This document shows, in pieces, positions 18,056-28,192 of a DNA stretch of 64,000 bases (positions are counted from its first letter, which is position 1; every line of letters begins with the position of its first letter). Source of the stretch: Desulfobacterales bacterium (lineage in GTDB: Bacteria; Desulfobacterota; Desulfobacteria; Desulfobacterales; UBA5852). Below the pieces are notes generated by a model that saw only the letters and a list, made by a program, of their open reading frames with translations, did no database searches and was not told the origin of the DNA. Position numbers and translations under genes: made by a program. Location of the stretch: positions 32,001 to 96,000 of the forward strand of contig CAXXVS010000002.1 in assembly GCA_963674755.2 (NCBI GenBank), in the 5' to 3' direction.

Positions 18056-19465
18056 TCACTTGAATGCTTGGACCCCTGGACCCTTGGCCCCTCTTTTTTC
18101 CGGTTTCTTTGCCGCCGTGCAATCTTCGACGACCGCCATCAGCATCACGAAATAAACCGCGTTGGCGGGCATCTGCAGGTTGAAGTCGAAGAAGCTGTGG
18201 AAGATCAATGCGGCCAGACCGCTCAGGGCGCCCACGGCCGGGAAGAAGCGCTCGGGGGCGGCGGCCGGGTCCATACGGCCGATCCGCCGCACGCCGACCG
18301 CTATGAACCAGACCAGACCTCCCAGAAGGGCCGCCGCCCCGATCCAGCCGGTTTCCACCACGAGTTGCAGGATGTCGTTGTGCAGGTAGTAGGGCGTGGT
18401 GCCCCCCGGCAGGGAGGTGGTGTGGTAGAGGGGAAAGAGGGGCTTGAAGGCCGCCAGGCCGATGCCCAGAGGATGCTGGGCGATCATGGCCAGGCTGTCG
18501 CGCCACACATCGATGCGCGAGACGTTTTCGCTCAGAGCCAGAAAACGCTCCAGCACCGGATCCACCCCGATCGTTCCGCCATAGAATACGACCCCGCAGG
18601 CCAACAACCCAACCACCAGCCAGACCGCCGCCGGCACCCGCCGACCGCCCGCCCCCAACAGCGCCAGGAAGACGGCCAGCCCCACGAATCCACCCACGAT
18701 TCCGGCCCGGGATTTGGAGAAGAGCAGGGCCAGGGCCATCAGCACCAGGCCCAGCACCATCAGGCCGTGCTGGTGGGGCCGGTCCGATTGCAGCAGGGTC
18801 TTGAAGCTAATTTTTCCGTGCCAGTCGATGCGGGCCAGCAGGAACCCCAGGGACAGGGGGATCATCATCTCCAGGTAGCCGGCAAAGTGGTTGCGGTTGA
18901 TCCAGGTGCCCCGGGCGTTGCCGAGCCCAGCCTTGAGATAATCCACCCATAGGACGCCCAGGTTGGGCACCAGGGCCTGCAACAGGCCGTAGAAGGCTTC
19001 CAGCACCGCCAGAGCGAAGAGCAGCCAGAGGGTCAGCCGCAAGGTCCGCCGGTTGCGGACGTGGCACGCGAGCACCCGGTAGAAAAGGGCCAGCCCCAGC
19101 AGAAAGCCCCACCAAGCCAGAGCGTTCAGCGGGTAGTATCCCAGGCTGTGCCAGGCCGTCGGGGTCCCTGTGAGGGCCCGGGCCTCCTCCAGCAGGGCGA
19201 AGCGCGCCGGGCTTAAAAGCGCCAGCAGTCCGTCCGGCAGGGGCACGCACAAGAGCAGGGTCACCAGGAAGAAAGGGCCCAGGGAGAAATAAAAGGCCTT
19301 TCCCGGTCGCGGCAGATCCTCTGCGGGCACCCCCCACAACATTAACACGAACGCCAGATACATCAGGACCGTATACCCCCCCCACACGAAGGGCTGCACG
19401 GCTGCGAAGAGGATGGGGATGGTGATTAAAATAAAAGGGACAAGGAGTTTGAGAGCGGTCGTCAT
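18056..19465 (-). CDS. O-antigen ligase family (WaaL/Wzy_C) membrane protein
   Basis: Multi-TM; ARGTWINRNHFAGYL, SKSRAG, R..VW......HPLGIG, LHND.LQL..E.G motifs. Confidence 0.9.
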   Translation of the reverse strand: MTTALKLLVPFILITIPILFAAVQPFVWGGYTVLMYLAFVLMLWGVPAEDLPRPGKAFYFSLGPFFLVTLLLCVPLPDGLLALLSPARFALLEEARALTGTPTAWHSLGYYPLNALAWWGFLLGLALFYRVLACHVRNRRTLRLTLWLLFALAVLEAFYGLLQALVPNLGVLWVDYLKAGLGNARGTWINRNHFAGYLEMMIPLSLGFLLARIDWHGKISFKTLLQSDRPHQHGLMVLGLVLMALALLFSKSRAGIVGGFVGLAVFLALLGAGGRRVPAAVWLVVGLLACGVVFYGGTIGVDPVLERFLALSENVSRIDVWRDSLAMIAQHPLGIGLAAFKPLFPLYHTTSLPGGTTPYYLHNDILQLVVETGWIGAAALLGGLVWFIAVGVRRIGRMDPAAAPERFFPAVGALSGLAALIFHSFFDFNLQMPANAVYFVMLMAVVEDCTAAKKPEKRGAKGPGVQAFK

Positions 19466-19577
19466 ATGATTGCTGTCGGCGGAATTGGTTGGCAGCCAAC
19501 GGCGGCTATTCCGATGATGTGTGGAATGCTTTTCCGAGCGAAAAGTGGAACGGCTGTGCCGCGGCGCGTCTGGAAGG

Positions 19578-19940
19578 TTAGCCCCGGAAGCGCTTTCGGC
19601 TGATCACGAAGACCACCAGCCCCGCGCCCATGAGCCAGGCGCCGGTGGCCATAGCCCCCGTGTTTTCCTCGGACGCAACGCGGGCGGCGGTGACGTCGCG
19701 GACGCCGGCGTAGGCCATGCCCGTCAGGGATGCCTGGCGCCTATTGTTGTCTTCCGAGAGATCAAGGATGGCGGTTTCTTCGATGAGGCAACCTTTCGCG
19801 AGGTTGGAAACGGCCTGGCGCGTGGCGGGATCCGTCTGGGAATCGGGGCCGTTCCTGAAATACGGTACCGGTTCCGAAGCAAACAAAGGGTGGACCCAAA
19901 TCAGCAGCAGAAATAGGTACGCCAAAGCCGATTTTTTCAC
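19578..19940 (-). CDS. Small exported protein with C-terminal TM/basic tail resembling a PEP-/VPLPA-CTERM signal
   Basis: Likely GTG start after GGAG: MKKSALAYLFLLLIWVHPLFAS...; ends AWLMGAGLVVFVISRKRFRG. Confidence 0.55.
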   Translation of the reverse strand: MKKSALAYLFLLLIWVHPLFASEPVPYFRNGPDSQTDPATRQAVSNLAKGCLIEETAILDLSEDNNRRQASLTGMAYAGVRDVTAARVASEENTGAMATGAWLMGAGLVVFVISRKRFRG

Positions 19941-20285
19941 GTCGCACTCCATTCCAAATTTTCGGGTGATGCGGGCTTTGGGGGGCACATTAAAAATCGG
20001 GCAGCGTCAGGGGCAGGGGGACGCTGTCCGATCCAAGGTAAATGCTCTGTGGACTCCTACCATCGAAATTTCGGGAAGTCAATGGGGATATGGCAGGATT
20101 GGGCATGAGAAGATATTCTGCCAAAGACTTCCATCGCCGGAATGCTTTTTGATATTACGAAAACACAGCGCTTGGGGGCTATATGCCGTGTATTCGAATC
20201 GCTTCCGAAGCCCGGCATTCAGTGTGTAAAAGAAAAATTTCAAGGTTGAAAACCCTAAATCGCCAAACCGTTGGGCCATTATACC

Positions 20286-21926
20286 CTAAAGCAATAGTCC
20301 CCTCACCGCCACTAGGATAAAAGCGCCGGCCGCCGCCAGGGTCTGTCCGCGCACCTGGCCGCGCAGCTCACCGATCAGCACCTCGTAGCTGAACAAGACG
20401 ACGATGACGCGGGTGGTCACGATGCCCATGTGCATGCTCTGTACGTGGGAATCGGGGATATAGGGTATCGACACGGCCAGGAAGAGGACCAGGAAATCCA
20501 TCGGCGTCACCCGGAACCCCCTGCGGCGGCGAGTGAGTTTGAGCGTCAGGATCACGAAGAAGGTCAGGGCGCCGTGCATGATGTTAAAGAAGTGGCGGAA
20601 GAGGAGCGGCAGGTCGTTTTGCATACCGGACGTGCACTGGAAGACGATGAAGGGCAGGCAGATATAAAGTGAGAAACGCAAGGCGTCGCTCAGGACGGGC
20701 TTGCGGAACACGGCGGCCACCGTCATGGTGATCCCCATGCCCAGGCAGATCACGGCGAAGTAGGTCGGCGGCGATTTCACTAGGAGGCAGAGGGTCCACA
20801 GCAGGGCCGGGGTTATGATCTCGATGGTCTTGAAGGCAACCTTGATCAGGAGGGCCTGCTCCCTGATCTTCCGCAGGCGCCCTTTGATCACCCGGTCCAC
20901 CAGGTCGAAGCGCGGGATCTTCCACCCCATGCGGTCGCTCACGGTGGAGCCCGTGATCACCAGGCAGGCAAAGACCAGATAGAAGGAAAGCAGAAAACCT
21001 TCGGACGCGTAGCGGAAGACGAAGGCGGCTAACACCAGGAAGGCCTGATGCAGGTATACCGCCACCACGGCCTCGCTTTGGTAGAGCCCCAGGCGCATGA
21101 GCTTGTGGTGCAGATGGTTTTTGTCGGCCTTGAAGGGGGATACGCCCCGCAGGATACGCTCCGTCATCACCACCAGGGTATCGATAAAGGGGAAGCCCAG
21201 CAGCACCAGCGGCAGCACCTTGTTCAAACCGTCCACGCTCTGGCTGATCCATATGGACAGGCACATGGCCAGAAAGCCCAGCAGCTGGCTGCCGGTGTCG
21301 CCCATGAAAATCACGGCCGGGTGGGTGTTGTAGCGCAGAAACCCGAAAATGGCCCCGGCCACGGCCACCGAGACGAAGACCGAGAGAATAAGGTTGTGGC
21401 CGTAACTGATGAACCCGATGCAGATGAACATGAGCAGGCTGATGCCGCCCGCTAGGCCGTCCAGCCCGTCCGCCAGGTTGATGGCGTTGGTGGCGGCCAC
21501 GATCAGAAAACAGGTCAGGGGGATGGCGACCATCGGCGGCAGGATCGTGCCCGGGGGCAGCAGGCTGCCCAGGGAGCGCACTTGCAGGTCGCCGAAGATG
21601 ACCACGCACAGGGCCGCCAGAATTTGCCCCGCGAACTTGGGCCGGTAGCCCAGGTTGATGACGTCGTCCAGCAGGGCGAACGCCGCGATGATGCCCGCGC
21701 CCGACAGGAGCGCATGTCCGAACCCGTTCATGGGGGCCCAGAAGATCACCGGCAGCAGGATGCCAGCGGCCATGGCCACCCCTCCCACCCGGGGGATGGG
21801 GTGCAGATGTATCTTGCGCTCGTTCGGCATGTCCACGGCGTTGTAACGCAGGGCCGCCGTCTTGAGCAGCGGGATCAGCGTTACCGTGATGAACAGTGCC
21901 AGCAGGAGTGCGGAGAGGAAAGTCAA
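20286..21926 (-). CDS. MraY/WecA-family undecaprenyl-phosphate sugar-1-phosphate transferase with C-terminal extension
   Basis: D.P.ERKIH..PIPR.GG, LLDD, NAINLADGLDGLA, FMGDTGS, ADKNHLHHKL. Confidence 0.92.
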   Translation of the reverse strand: MTFLSALLLALFITVTLIPLLKTAALRYNAVDMPNERKIHLHPIPRVGGVAMAAGILLPVIFWAPMNGFGHALLSGAGIIAAFALLDDVINLGYRPKFAGQILAALCVVIFGDLQVRSLGSLLPPGTILPPMVAIPLTCFLIVAATNAINLADGLDGLAGGISLLMFICIGFISYGHNLILSVFVSVAVAGAIFGFLRYNTHPAVIFMGDTGSQLLGFLAMCLSIWISQSVDGLNKVLPLVLLGFPFIDTLVVMTERILRGVSPFKADKNHLHHKLMRLGLYQSEAVVAVYLHQAFLVLAAFVFRYASEGFLLSFYLVFACLVITGSTVSDRMGWKIPRFDLVDRVIKGRLRKIREQALLIKVAFKTIEIITPALLWTLCLLVKSPPTYFAVICLGMGITMTVAAVFRKPVLSDALRFSLYICLPFIVFQCTSGMQNDLPLLFRHFFNIMHGALTFFVILTLKLTRRRRGFRVTPMDFLVLFLAVSIPYIPDSHVQSMHMGIVTTRVIVVLFSYEVLIGELRGQVRGQTLAAAGAFILVAVRGLLL

Positions 21927-22260
21927 GGTGAAAGAAGTTTTAAGTGATTAGGTGGTTAGGTAAAAAGGGTTCAAGGGTCCAAGGGGTCGAGGGAACAAGG
22001 GCTCAGGGGAAAAGATCAGGCGATGCTTGATTCTGGTTGCCGGATATCGGATTCCGAATGCTTTTCACTCGACCCCTGGTATCCCCGGAACCTGCCGTTA
22101 GCATTTCACTTGAACCCGCTTACATGAATAACTCCTCAAGTTCTCAGCAAACCGGCCGATAACAAGAAATGGTTTCAGGTTTTGTGGGGTTGGGACTTTA
22201 GGGCTCTTAAACCCCTAAATCTTTAAATTTCTAAATCCTAAAAATTACCGGAACCGCCCC

Positions 22261-22722
22261 GTGAAAATCACCGCCGCAGCGCCCGTCCAACATCCCATCG
22301 CCCTCAACCCCCTGGCCGGATTCGTCTGCACCGGGGTGGCGGTCGTGATCGCCCTGCTGTGCGGCGCACCGGAGGGCATGCTCAAAACATGGGGTGTCGA
22401 CCTGTTGCTGGCCCTGAAGGTGGATACACCGACGGTCTGGCGCTTGGTGTTGGACTCACCCAACCTCTGGCATATGGGGATGTTTGCCGTGCTCACCACA
22501 GGGTTGCTGATTGCCGTTCCGGGCCGGTCCCGCTTGTGCGTCCACACGGCCGTGCTCCTGGGCGTCTTCCTGGAACTCGTCCAGATCGTCGTCCCCAGCC
22601 GCGAAGCCAGCCTGGGCGATATGCTCTTTAATCTGGCGGGGGTGAGTTTGGCGTTCTTTGCCTATACGGGGTTGAAGCGGTTAGGTAAAAAGGGTCCGAG
22701 GATCCAAGGGCTCAAGGACTAA
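22261..22722 (+). CDS. VanZ-family membrane protein
   Basis: H..MFAVL...ELVQ.VVPSREASLGDMLFNLAG. Confidence 0.75.
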   Translation: MKITAAAPVQHPIALNPLAGFVCTGVAVVIALLCGAPEGMLKTWGVDLLLALKVDTPTVWRLVLDSPNLWHMGMFAVLTTGLLIAVPGRSRLCVHTAVLLGVFLELVQIVVPSREASLGDMLFNLAGVSLAFFAYTGLKRLGKKGPRIQGLKD

Positions 22723-22939
22723 CGGCGCAACCCGTTAGCCGAGGGTTTTTATCTTTATCGAAATCGATTGTAATTCCAAGCCATCCACCGCAAGGGCGGC
22801 GGAAACTTGAACGCTCAGCAACCATCCGCTTACGAGCTGCTTTTACGGGCTTACCTGCTCAACAGCTGTTTTCCCCTCTGCCCCTGCCGCCAGCATTCCA
22901 TCTGAACCCTTGGCCCCTTGAATCCCCGGACCCTGCCGT

Positions 22940-23671
22940 TCACACAAACGGACTATATAGTAAAAACCATACAATCTTCACCCATTCCGAAACGACCCAT
23001 TTCACATCCGTCCAGTGGGCGAACCAGGGCCAGTGGGGCGGGTCGTAGGCTGTGGGCAGGTAGGCAAGCTCGTATTCCCCCGGCGGAAACACGTGATCGG
23101 CCATGATCTTGATGCGGCGCATGTGGTAGGGGGCGCTAACCAAAATGGCCCGGGAGGCCCCGATGTGCTTCATGAGGGCCAGCGTCTGGAGCACCTCCAC
23201 GTGCGTGCGTTCCACGAAGCTCTTGTTGAAGTCCATCCGCAGGGCGCGGGCCAGGCGGGCGGTTTTCTCCGGGGTGACCAGGGCTTTGGCGACCCGGGTT
23301 TCGAAAATCTCTCCCTCCCAGGGCACGATGACGAATTTGACCCAGCCCTTGGCCACAAGTTCGTCCACCTGCTGCCGGCGGGCCGCCTCGCCCGGACCCA
23401 GGAACAGCACCGCCGCGTTGGCCTTGATGGGCGGGGTGGCGTAAAGCAGGTAGTCGGGCAGTAAGACCGCAAACAACCAGGCCGCCAGGAGGCCCCCCAG
23501 GGCAGCGCCGACGGTGTAAACGATCATGCGCTGCCGCCGCGTTTTGACAACGCCGCCTCCTCCTGCACTTGGCGTTGCGGGTTCCGGGGCGGGTGTTTCC
23601 GGCGGATCTTGGTGTTTTTGGGGAACGTCTTTCCCCAATGGCGCAAGACCTCGTTTCATAACATCCCGCAA
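22940..23671 (-). CDS. YdcF/DUF218 (ElyC-like) protein; start uncertain
   Basis: A.VLFLG, T..E, ILVSAPYHMRR, SEWVK..W motifs. Confidence 0.8.
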   Translation of the reverse strand: MRDVMKRGLAPLGKDVPQKHQDPPETPAPEPATPSAGGGGVVKTRRQRMIVYTVGAALGGLLAAWLFAVLLPDYLLYATPPIKANAAVLFLGPGEAARRQQVDELVAKGWVKFVIVPWEGEIFETRVAKALVTPEKTARLARALRMDFNKSFVERTHVEVLQTLALMKHIGASRAILVSAPYHMRRIKIMADHVFPPGEYELAYLPTAYDPPHWPWFAHWTDVKWVVSEWVKIVWFLLYSPFV

Positions 23672-23824
23672 AGACGAGTCATGTTTTTCTTAAATCCCTT
23701 GTTTTTACCGCTCACCTCGAAGGAATAGGGATCGTCCACCGTGAAGTCACCTCTGAGCGGCGCATTAAGGGTGTGCGGGGTGCCCACGTACTCATGAAAA
23801 AAACGCAAACCTTTAACTTTCGCG

Positions 23825-24619
23825 CTAATCGCGCGCTTTTAAAAAATATTGCGGGATTTTGCGTAAAGGTTTTAGCGGTATTGTCCAAGGGTAGGGCTTG
23901 AGACCGTTGACTTCCCAAGCCTTGCGGTCATTGCGATTGGCCGCAAGCCGGGCCTTGAGGGATCTATTGCTGGCGCCGCCCACGCGCATTTTGACCAGGA
24001 CCTCGGGGATGTAGACCGTCTTGATGCGGTGCTTCAGAAGAAACCGCAGCATGATTTCGTAGTCGGCGGCCGTGCCGAGATCCAGGTTGAACAAACCGTG
24101 TTTCTCATAAATAGATCTACGTACAAAAAACGTCGGGTGAGGGGGCATCCACCCCCAATAGAACTTAGTTGGGTTAAAGCTCCCTGATTTCCAGTACCTT
24201 ACAGTTTTATATCCATTTTCTGAATCGCCACTTGAAATGGATGCGCGAGTACATCTGCTGCTGATATATTCCAAATCTCCGTAACAAGCCTCAACCTGGG
24301 GGTTTTTAAAAGCCTGTTTAACGTTCTCAATAATATTGGATTGAGCATAAACGTCATCGGTATTGAGGATACCGATTACATCGCCGCCAGCAAGAGAGAT
24401 ACCTTTGTTCATTGCATCGAAAATACCACTATCCGGTTCTGATACGAGCTTTGTGTTTTTACAATGGAACCTTTCTATAATATCCAGAGTGCTATCATCG
24501 GATTTTCCGTCGATAATGATATGCTCGACAACAATTGATTGTCCTTCAATGCTTTTAAGGCAGTCTTCAATGGTTTTCTCTGAATTGAAGGCTGGGGATA
24601 TGATAGAGAACGATGTCAA
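23825..24619 (-). CDS. Glycosyltransferase family 2 (WcaE-like)
   Basis: SII.P.FN, IIIDGKSDD, SEPDSGIFDAMNKG, GWMPPHPT, ADYE.MLR. Confidence 0.93.
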   Translation of the reverse strand: MTSFSIISPAFNSEKTIEDCLKSIEGQSIVVEHIIIDGKSDDSTLDIIERFHCKNTKLVSEPDSGIFDAMNKGISLAGGDVIGILNTDDVYAQSNIIENVKQAFKNPQVEACYGDLEYISSRCTRASISSGDSENGYKTVRYWKSGSFNPTKFYWGWMPPHPTFFVRRSIYEKHGLFNLDLGTAADYEIMLRFLLKHRIKTVYIPEVLVKMRVGGASNRSLKARLAANRNDRKAWEVNGLKPYPWTIPLKPLRKIPQYFLKARD

Positions 24620-24771
24620 TCAGATTCAAATGATGCGAGGCGAATGGATTATCGGTTATTCAGAAAGAGATCAAACAGGTAACATGAACGGCGACCACCG
24701 CTTGAGTTCGGATTGTAGTATTCGGTAATGAAACAGATTTTCAATAGTTTGTTCCCCTGGCAGGTGTCCGT

Positions 24772-25680
24772 CTACGAACTTTGCGTCACATCTATTTTGA
24801 GGACGTGAGAGATTGCCTGGGCAGCATCTGAGCCGGTGTTCTGCATATATCGCTTCACCTCAACAACCTTGGCATCCACCAAATAGCGATACCAAAATCC
24901 CTGAAGAAAATGGAAAGCCGTCCCGGCCTGACCATCGAGAAAACCAAGTCGCAGAAAATACCGGTAAAAAAAATAGGCAAAGGCACGAATCCCGCCGGGC
25001 AGATGGGCGTAAACCGACTCTTTTATCCAGCGCTTCATAGCCGCCTGGGAACCGGTTCGCAATCCGGCAACGCTGTCATGTGGCATGAAACCATATTCAA
25101 GATTGAGCAGATCGACAGCCTCGCGGCTGGCGTATTTGTTATGTTTGTCGGTCCACCAGGTGAGCGAATTCAGATTGTCGTCGATCATCTCGCCGGCGAA
25201 ATCGACCGTTGGGCCGGCTACCTTGATGTGCTCGTCCATCCACCGGTTTTCGCACTGGCCACGACCATTACGGAACAGACGCAGCACACGCACGGGAAAC
25301 ACGCCGCCATGCCGAATCAAGCGGCCTTGAAAGGTCATGCGCCGCCCCCAATACACCCCGTCGATTTCCGGGCCGATGTTTGGTAACCTTTCGTGGATTT
25401 CCGCCACCAACTCCGGGGTGAGCACTTCGTCGGCATCGATCCGCAACACCCAATCGGTAGCAGGTTCAAGCTGGGTCAACGCCCAATTGAATTGACTGGC
25501 ATGGTTGACCCACCCACGCTGAATAACACAGGCTCCTTGGGTACGGGCAATGTCGAGGGTTGCGTCGGTGGAATAGCAGTCAGCCACCACGATCTTGGTG
25601 GCGATATCCTGAAGGCTCGCTATACAGCGGGCAAGATGCTGCTCTTCGTTAAAGGTGAGGATGATGGCGACGACGTTCAT
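24772..25680 (-). CDS. Glycosyltransferase family 2
   Basis: Start MNVVAIILTFNEE (ATGA overlap with upstream gene); D.YSTD.T, LRIDADE, GFLDG..G. Confidence 0.92.
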   Translation of the reverse strand: MNVVAIILTFNEEQHLARCIASLQDIATKIVVADCYSTDATLDIARTQGACVIQRGWVNHASQFNWALTQLEPATDWVLRIDADEVLTPELVAEIHERLPNIGPEIDGVYWGRRMTFQGRLIRHGGVFPVRVLRLFRNGRGQCENRWMDEHIKVAGPTVDFAGEMIDDNLNSLTWWTDKHNKYASREAVDLLNLEYGFMPHDSVAGLRTGSQAAMKRWIKESVYAHLPGGIRAFAYFFYRYFLRLGFLDGQAGTAFHFLQGFWYRYLVDAKVVEVKRYMQNTGSDAAQAISHVLKIDVTQSS

Positions 25681-26306
25681 GGTTTGCAGGTGATGGCGAT
25701 CATCGACTTCGCCAATGCGGGTATGCGACCCACACGCTCGAAGCGAATATCGACAAAATCGGCCTCTTCCAGTAACTCGGTCAAGGTAGTGATCGACCAG
25801 AACTTGATATGTCCGTGATCCCAAAGCGCGGTGAAATGCTTATCCATCTTTCCTGTGAGCGCCAATGCCAAGTTCTTCCAGTACCCGTGAAAAGGGGTTG
25901 ACAAAATCACCGCCCCCCCCCCGCAGAGCAGGTCGAAAATTGTTCGCGCATACTGCCGCGGCGCATACAGATGTTCAACGATCTCCAGACTCAGCACTAC
26001 GGGAAACTGCCCATATTCTGCCGCCAAATCGTCATAGGCCGAGCCCTGCCGGAGCTTAAGTTCGGAATAAGCGGCTTGCGCCTGAGCGATCCCCTCGGAC
26101 GAAACATCCATGCCCGTGATATCCCAACCTCGCTGGCGGAGCGCATTCGCCACGCTTCCATTGCCGCAACCCAACTCGAATAAAACTTTATCCCCTCTAT
26201 CCAGATTCAGTGCATCAAGTGACTGAATTACAGTTGGCAGCAACCATCCATGCGACTGGTTCAACCCTGAACTATCATAACGATAGCCGGTGATATCTGT
26301 GGTCAT
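25677..26306 (-). CDS. Class I SAM-dependent methyltransferase
   Basis: LFELGCGNG; EIVEHLYAP; GHIKFW; ATGA overlap with carbamoyltransferase. Confidence 0.9.
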   Translation of the reverse strand: MTTDITGYRYDSSGLNQSHGWLLPTVIQSLDALNLDRGDKVLFELGCGNGSVANALRQRGWDITGMDVSSEGIAQAQAAYSELKLRQGSAYDDLAAEYGQFPVVLSLEIVEHLYAPRQYARTIFDLLCGGGAVILSTPFHGYWKNLALALTGKMDKHFTALWDHGHIKFWSITTLTELLEEADFVDIRFERVGRIPALAKSMIAITCKP

Positions 26307-28060
26307 GCCGCATCCTTGTGTTTTCTCAGTACATATTGCCCCATGCAAAGCGCATCCATATCCGTCCGCGCAAAGCAGTCATAAGCTTGCTCTGGTGTAT
26401 CGACCACTGGTTCATTTTCGTTGAAGCTGGTATTCAGTACCATGCCAACGCCGGTACGCCTCCGGAATGCGCTGATTAATGCGTGATACAGCGGATTACT
26501 GATTTTATCTACAGTCTGTAACCGGCCAGTACCATCAACATGAGTAACAGCAGGCAATCGTTTCTGCCATTCACTACGTATAGTTATCACATGCTGCATG
26601 AATGGACTATCGACGTTTTGCTCAAAATAGGCCCCCACTTCTTCCCTTAGCACACTGGGCGCGAAGGGCCGGAAAGATTCTCGGCGTTTAATCTTTGAAT
26701 TGATGGTATCCTTCATGGACGGTATAGCAGGGTTAGCCAGGATAGAACGATTGCCCAGCGCACGCGGTCCCCATTCACTGCGCCCTTGATACCAACCAAC
26801 AACCAGCCCATCGGCAATCAGGCCGGATGCGGTTTCGACCAAATCAGCCTGATCCGTGCACACCTTAACCAGGAAGCCACTTCTTTCAGCGACATGACGT
26901 ATACGATCCTCTGAATATTCCGGACCCCAAAAGGCGTGTTGCATGTGGAAACGTTCACTACGACCCAGCGCGTTGTGCCATACCCAGTATGCCGCGCCGA
27001 GGCAAGTGCCATCGTCCGAAGCGGCTGCCTGCAAATAGTGCTCCTTGAAATTCGTTTCGCGGTAGATACGTGCATTGGCCACACCGTTTAGGGCGCAACC
27101 ACCCGCCATGGCCAAACGCGATGAAGGCACCCTATTTTGCAGGCGGGCCAGACAGTGAACTGCCACTTCTTCAAAACGTACTTGTGTAGAGCGGGCGATA
27201 TCCTTCTCACGTTGAGTTAGCGGATCAGCGCGTTTGCGAGGACTACCCAATAAGTCAATAATCCGATCGGTATAGAGTCGGCCCATCTTAATGCGCTGAT
27301 TACTGTCCAATGCACCACTCTCACCCCCCTCATGCATACCGAAATAACCGGCATTCAGGCGATACCATGTATCCTCGCCGAAGGTAACAAGATCCTGCAT
27401 TTCCTCGCAATACTTGTCCTTGCCATAGGGTGCGAGGCCCATCACTTTATACTCTTCACCAAAGTCGTCGAAACCAATGAACTGACACATGGCCGTATAA
27501 AAGAAACCGAGGCTGTGAGGCAATGTGACTCGGTCCAATACCTCTATGCGGGTACCTTCGCAACGTGCAGCCATCATGCTGGCAAAATCCCCGGAAGCAT
27601 CGTAGGAGAAACCAGCGGTGACTTGTTCAAAGGGTGACAAATAATAAGCGCTGGCGATATGTGCCAAGTGGTGCTCTACGCCAATGGTCTCAAATTTGAC
27701 CTGCGCCGGGTCCTCGCCGCAGACCTGCGCCAACTGTTCCAGCACACTCTCAGTACGTCGGTTTCGCCCCATGTGTTCAATCACTGCACCAACTGCTTTT
27801 ATTGGATGGTTAGCCACATAAGCCATCTTAGCCACCCGATTGGCAGATGGATCACGCGCCATAGCAACATGGGTAACATCGCGAAGCCGCAGCCCTGCGT
27901 CAGAAAGCAATCGGCGAATAGCATTTTCAGGAAACGCAGGGCTATGTTTTAGACGATCACCCAAACGCTCTTCCGCCACTGCGCCAACCAGTTGTCCATC
28001 CACTACCAAGCAGGCAGCAGAATCTGCATGGAAGGCATTAAATCCAAGAACCACTGACAT
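26303..28060 (-). CDS. O-carbamoyltransferase (NodU/CmcH family)
   Basis: HADSAACL..DG....EER, EHHLAH.ASAYY, EYKVMGLAPYG, GPRALGNRSILA, KRRESFRPFAP, LNTSFN.NEP. Confidence 0.95.
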   Translation of the reverse strand: MSVVLGFNAFHADSAACLVVDGQLVGAVAEERLGDRLKHSPAFPENAIRRLLSDAGLRLRDVTHVAMARDPSANRVAKMAYVANHPIKAVGAVIEHMGRNRRTESVLEQLAQVCGEDPAQVKFETIGVEHHLAHIASAYYLSPFEQVTAGFSYDASGDFASMMAARCEGTRIEVLDRVTLPHSLGFFYTAMCQFIGFDDFGEEYKVMGLAPYGKDKYCEEMQDLVTFGEDTWYRLNAGYFGMHEGGESGALDSNQRIKMGRLYTDRIIDLLGSPRKRADPLTQREKDIARSTQVRFEEVAVHCLARLQNRVPSSRLAMAGGCALNGVANARIYRETNFKEHYLQAAASDDGTCLGAAYWVWHNALGRSERFHMQHAFWGPEYSEDRIRHVAERSGFLVKVCTDQADLVETASGLIADGLVVGWYQGRSEWGPRALGNRSILANPAIPSMKDTINSKIKRRESFRPFAPSVLREEVGAYFEQNVDSPFMQHVITIRSEWQKRLPAVTHVDGTGRLQTVDKISNPLYHALISAFRRRTGVGMVLNTSFNENEPVVDTPEQAYDCFARTDMDALCMGQYVLRKHKDAA

Positions 28061-28112
28061 TTCAGTTCCTTACTTCGTTAAAAGCACCAACTTATAGATT
28101 ACTGATTAATCT

Positions 28113-28175
28113 CGTTAACCCAACAATCCACCTACCGCGATTAGGAGTTGGGGTTCATTCCTCATCCTAACCTAC
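28113..28175 (-). repeat. GTAG-type REP-like sequences
   Basis: Minus strand GTAGGTTAGGATGAGGAATGAACCCCAAC followed by GTAGGTGGATTGTTGGGTTAACG. Confidence 0.45.
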
Positions 28176-28192
28176 GCGCTGCGCACTAAATA

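Noticed and set aside
20108..20125. Sigma-54 promoter upstream of the CTERM-like gene
   Set aside because: TGGCA present but the -12 GC is not matched
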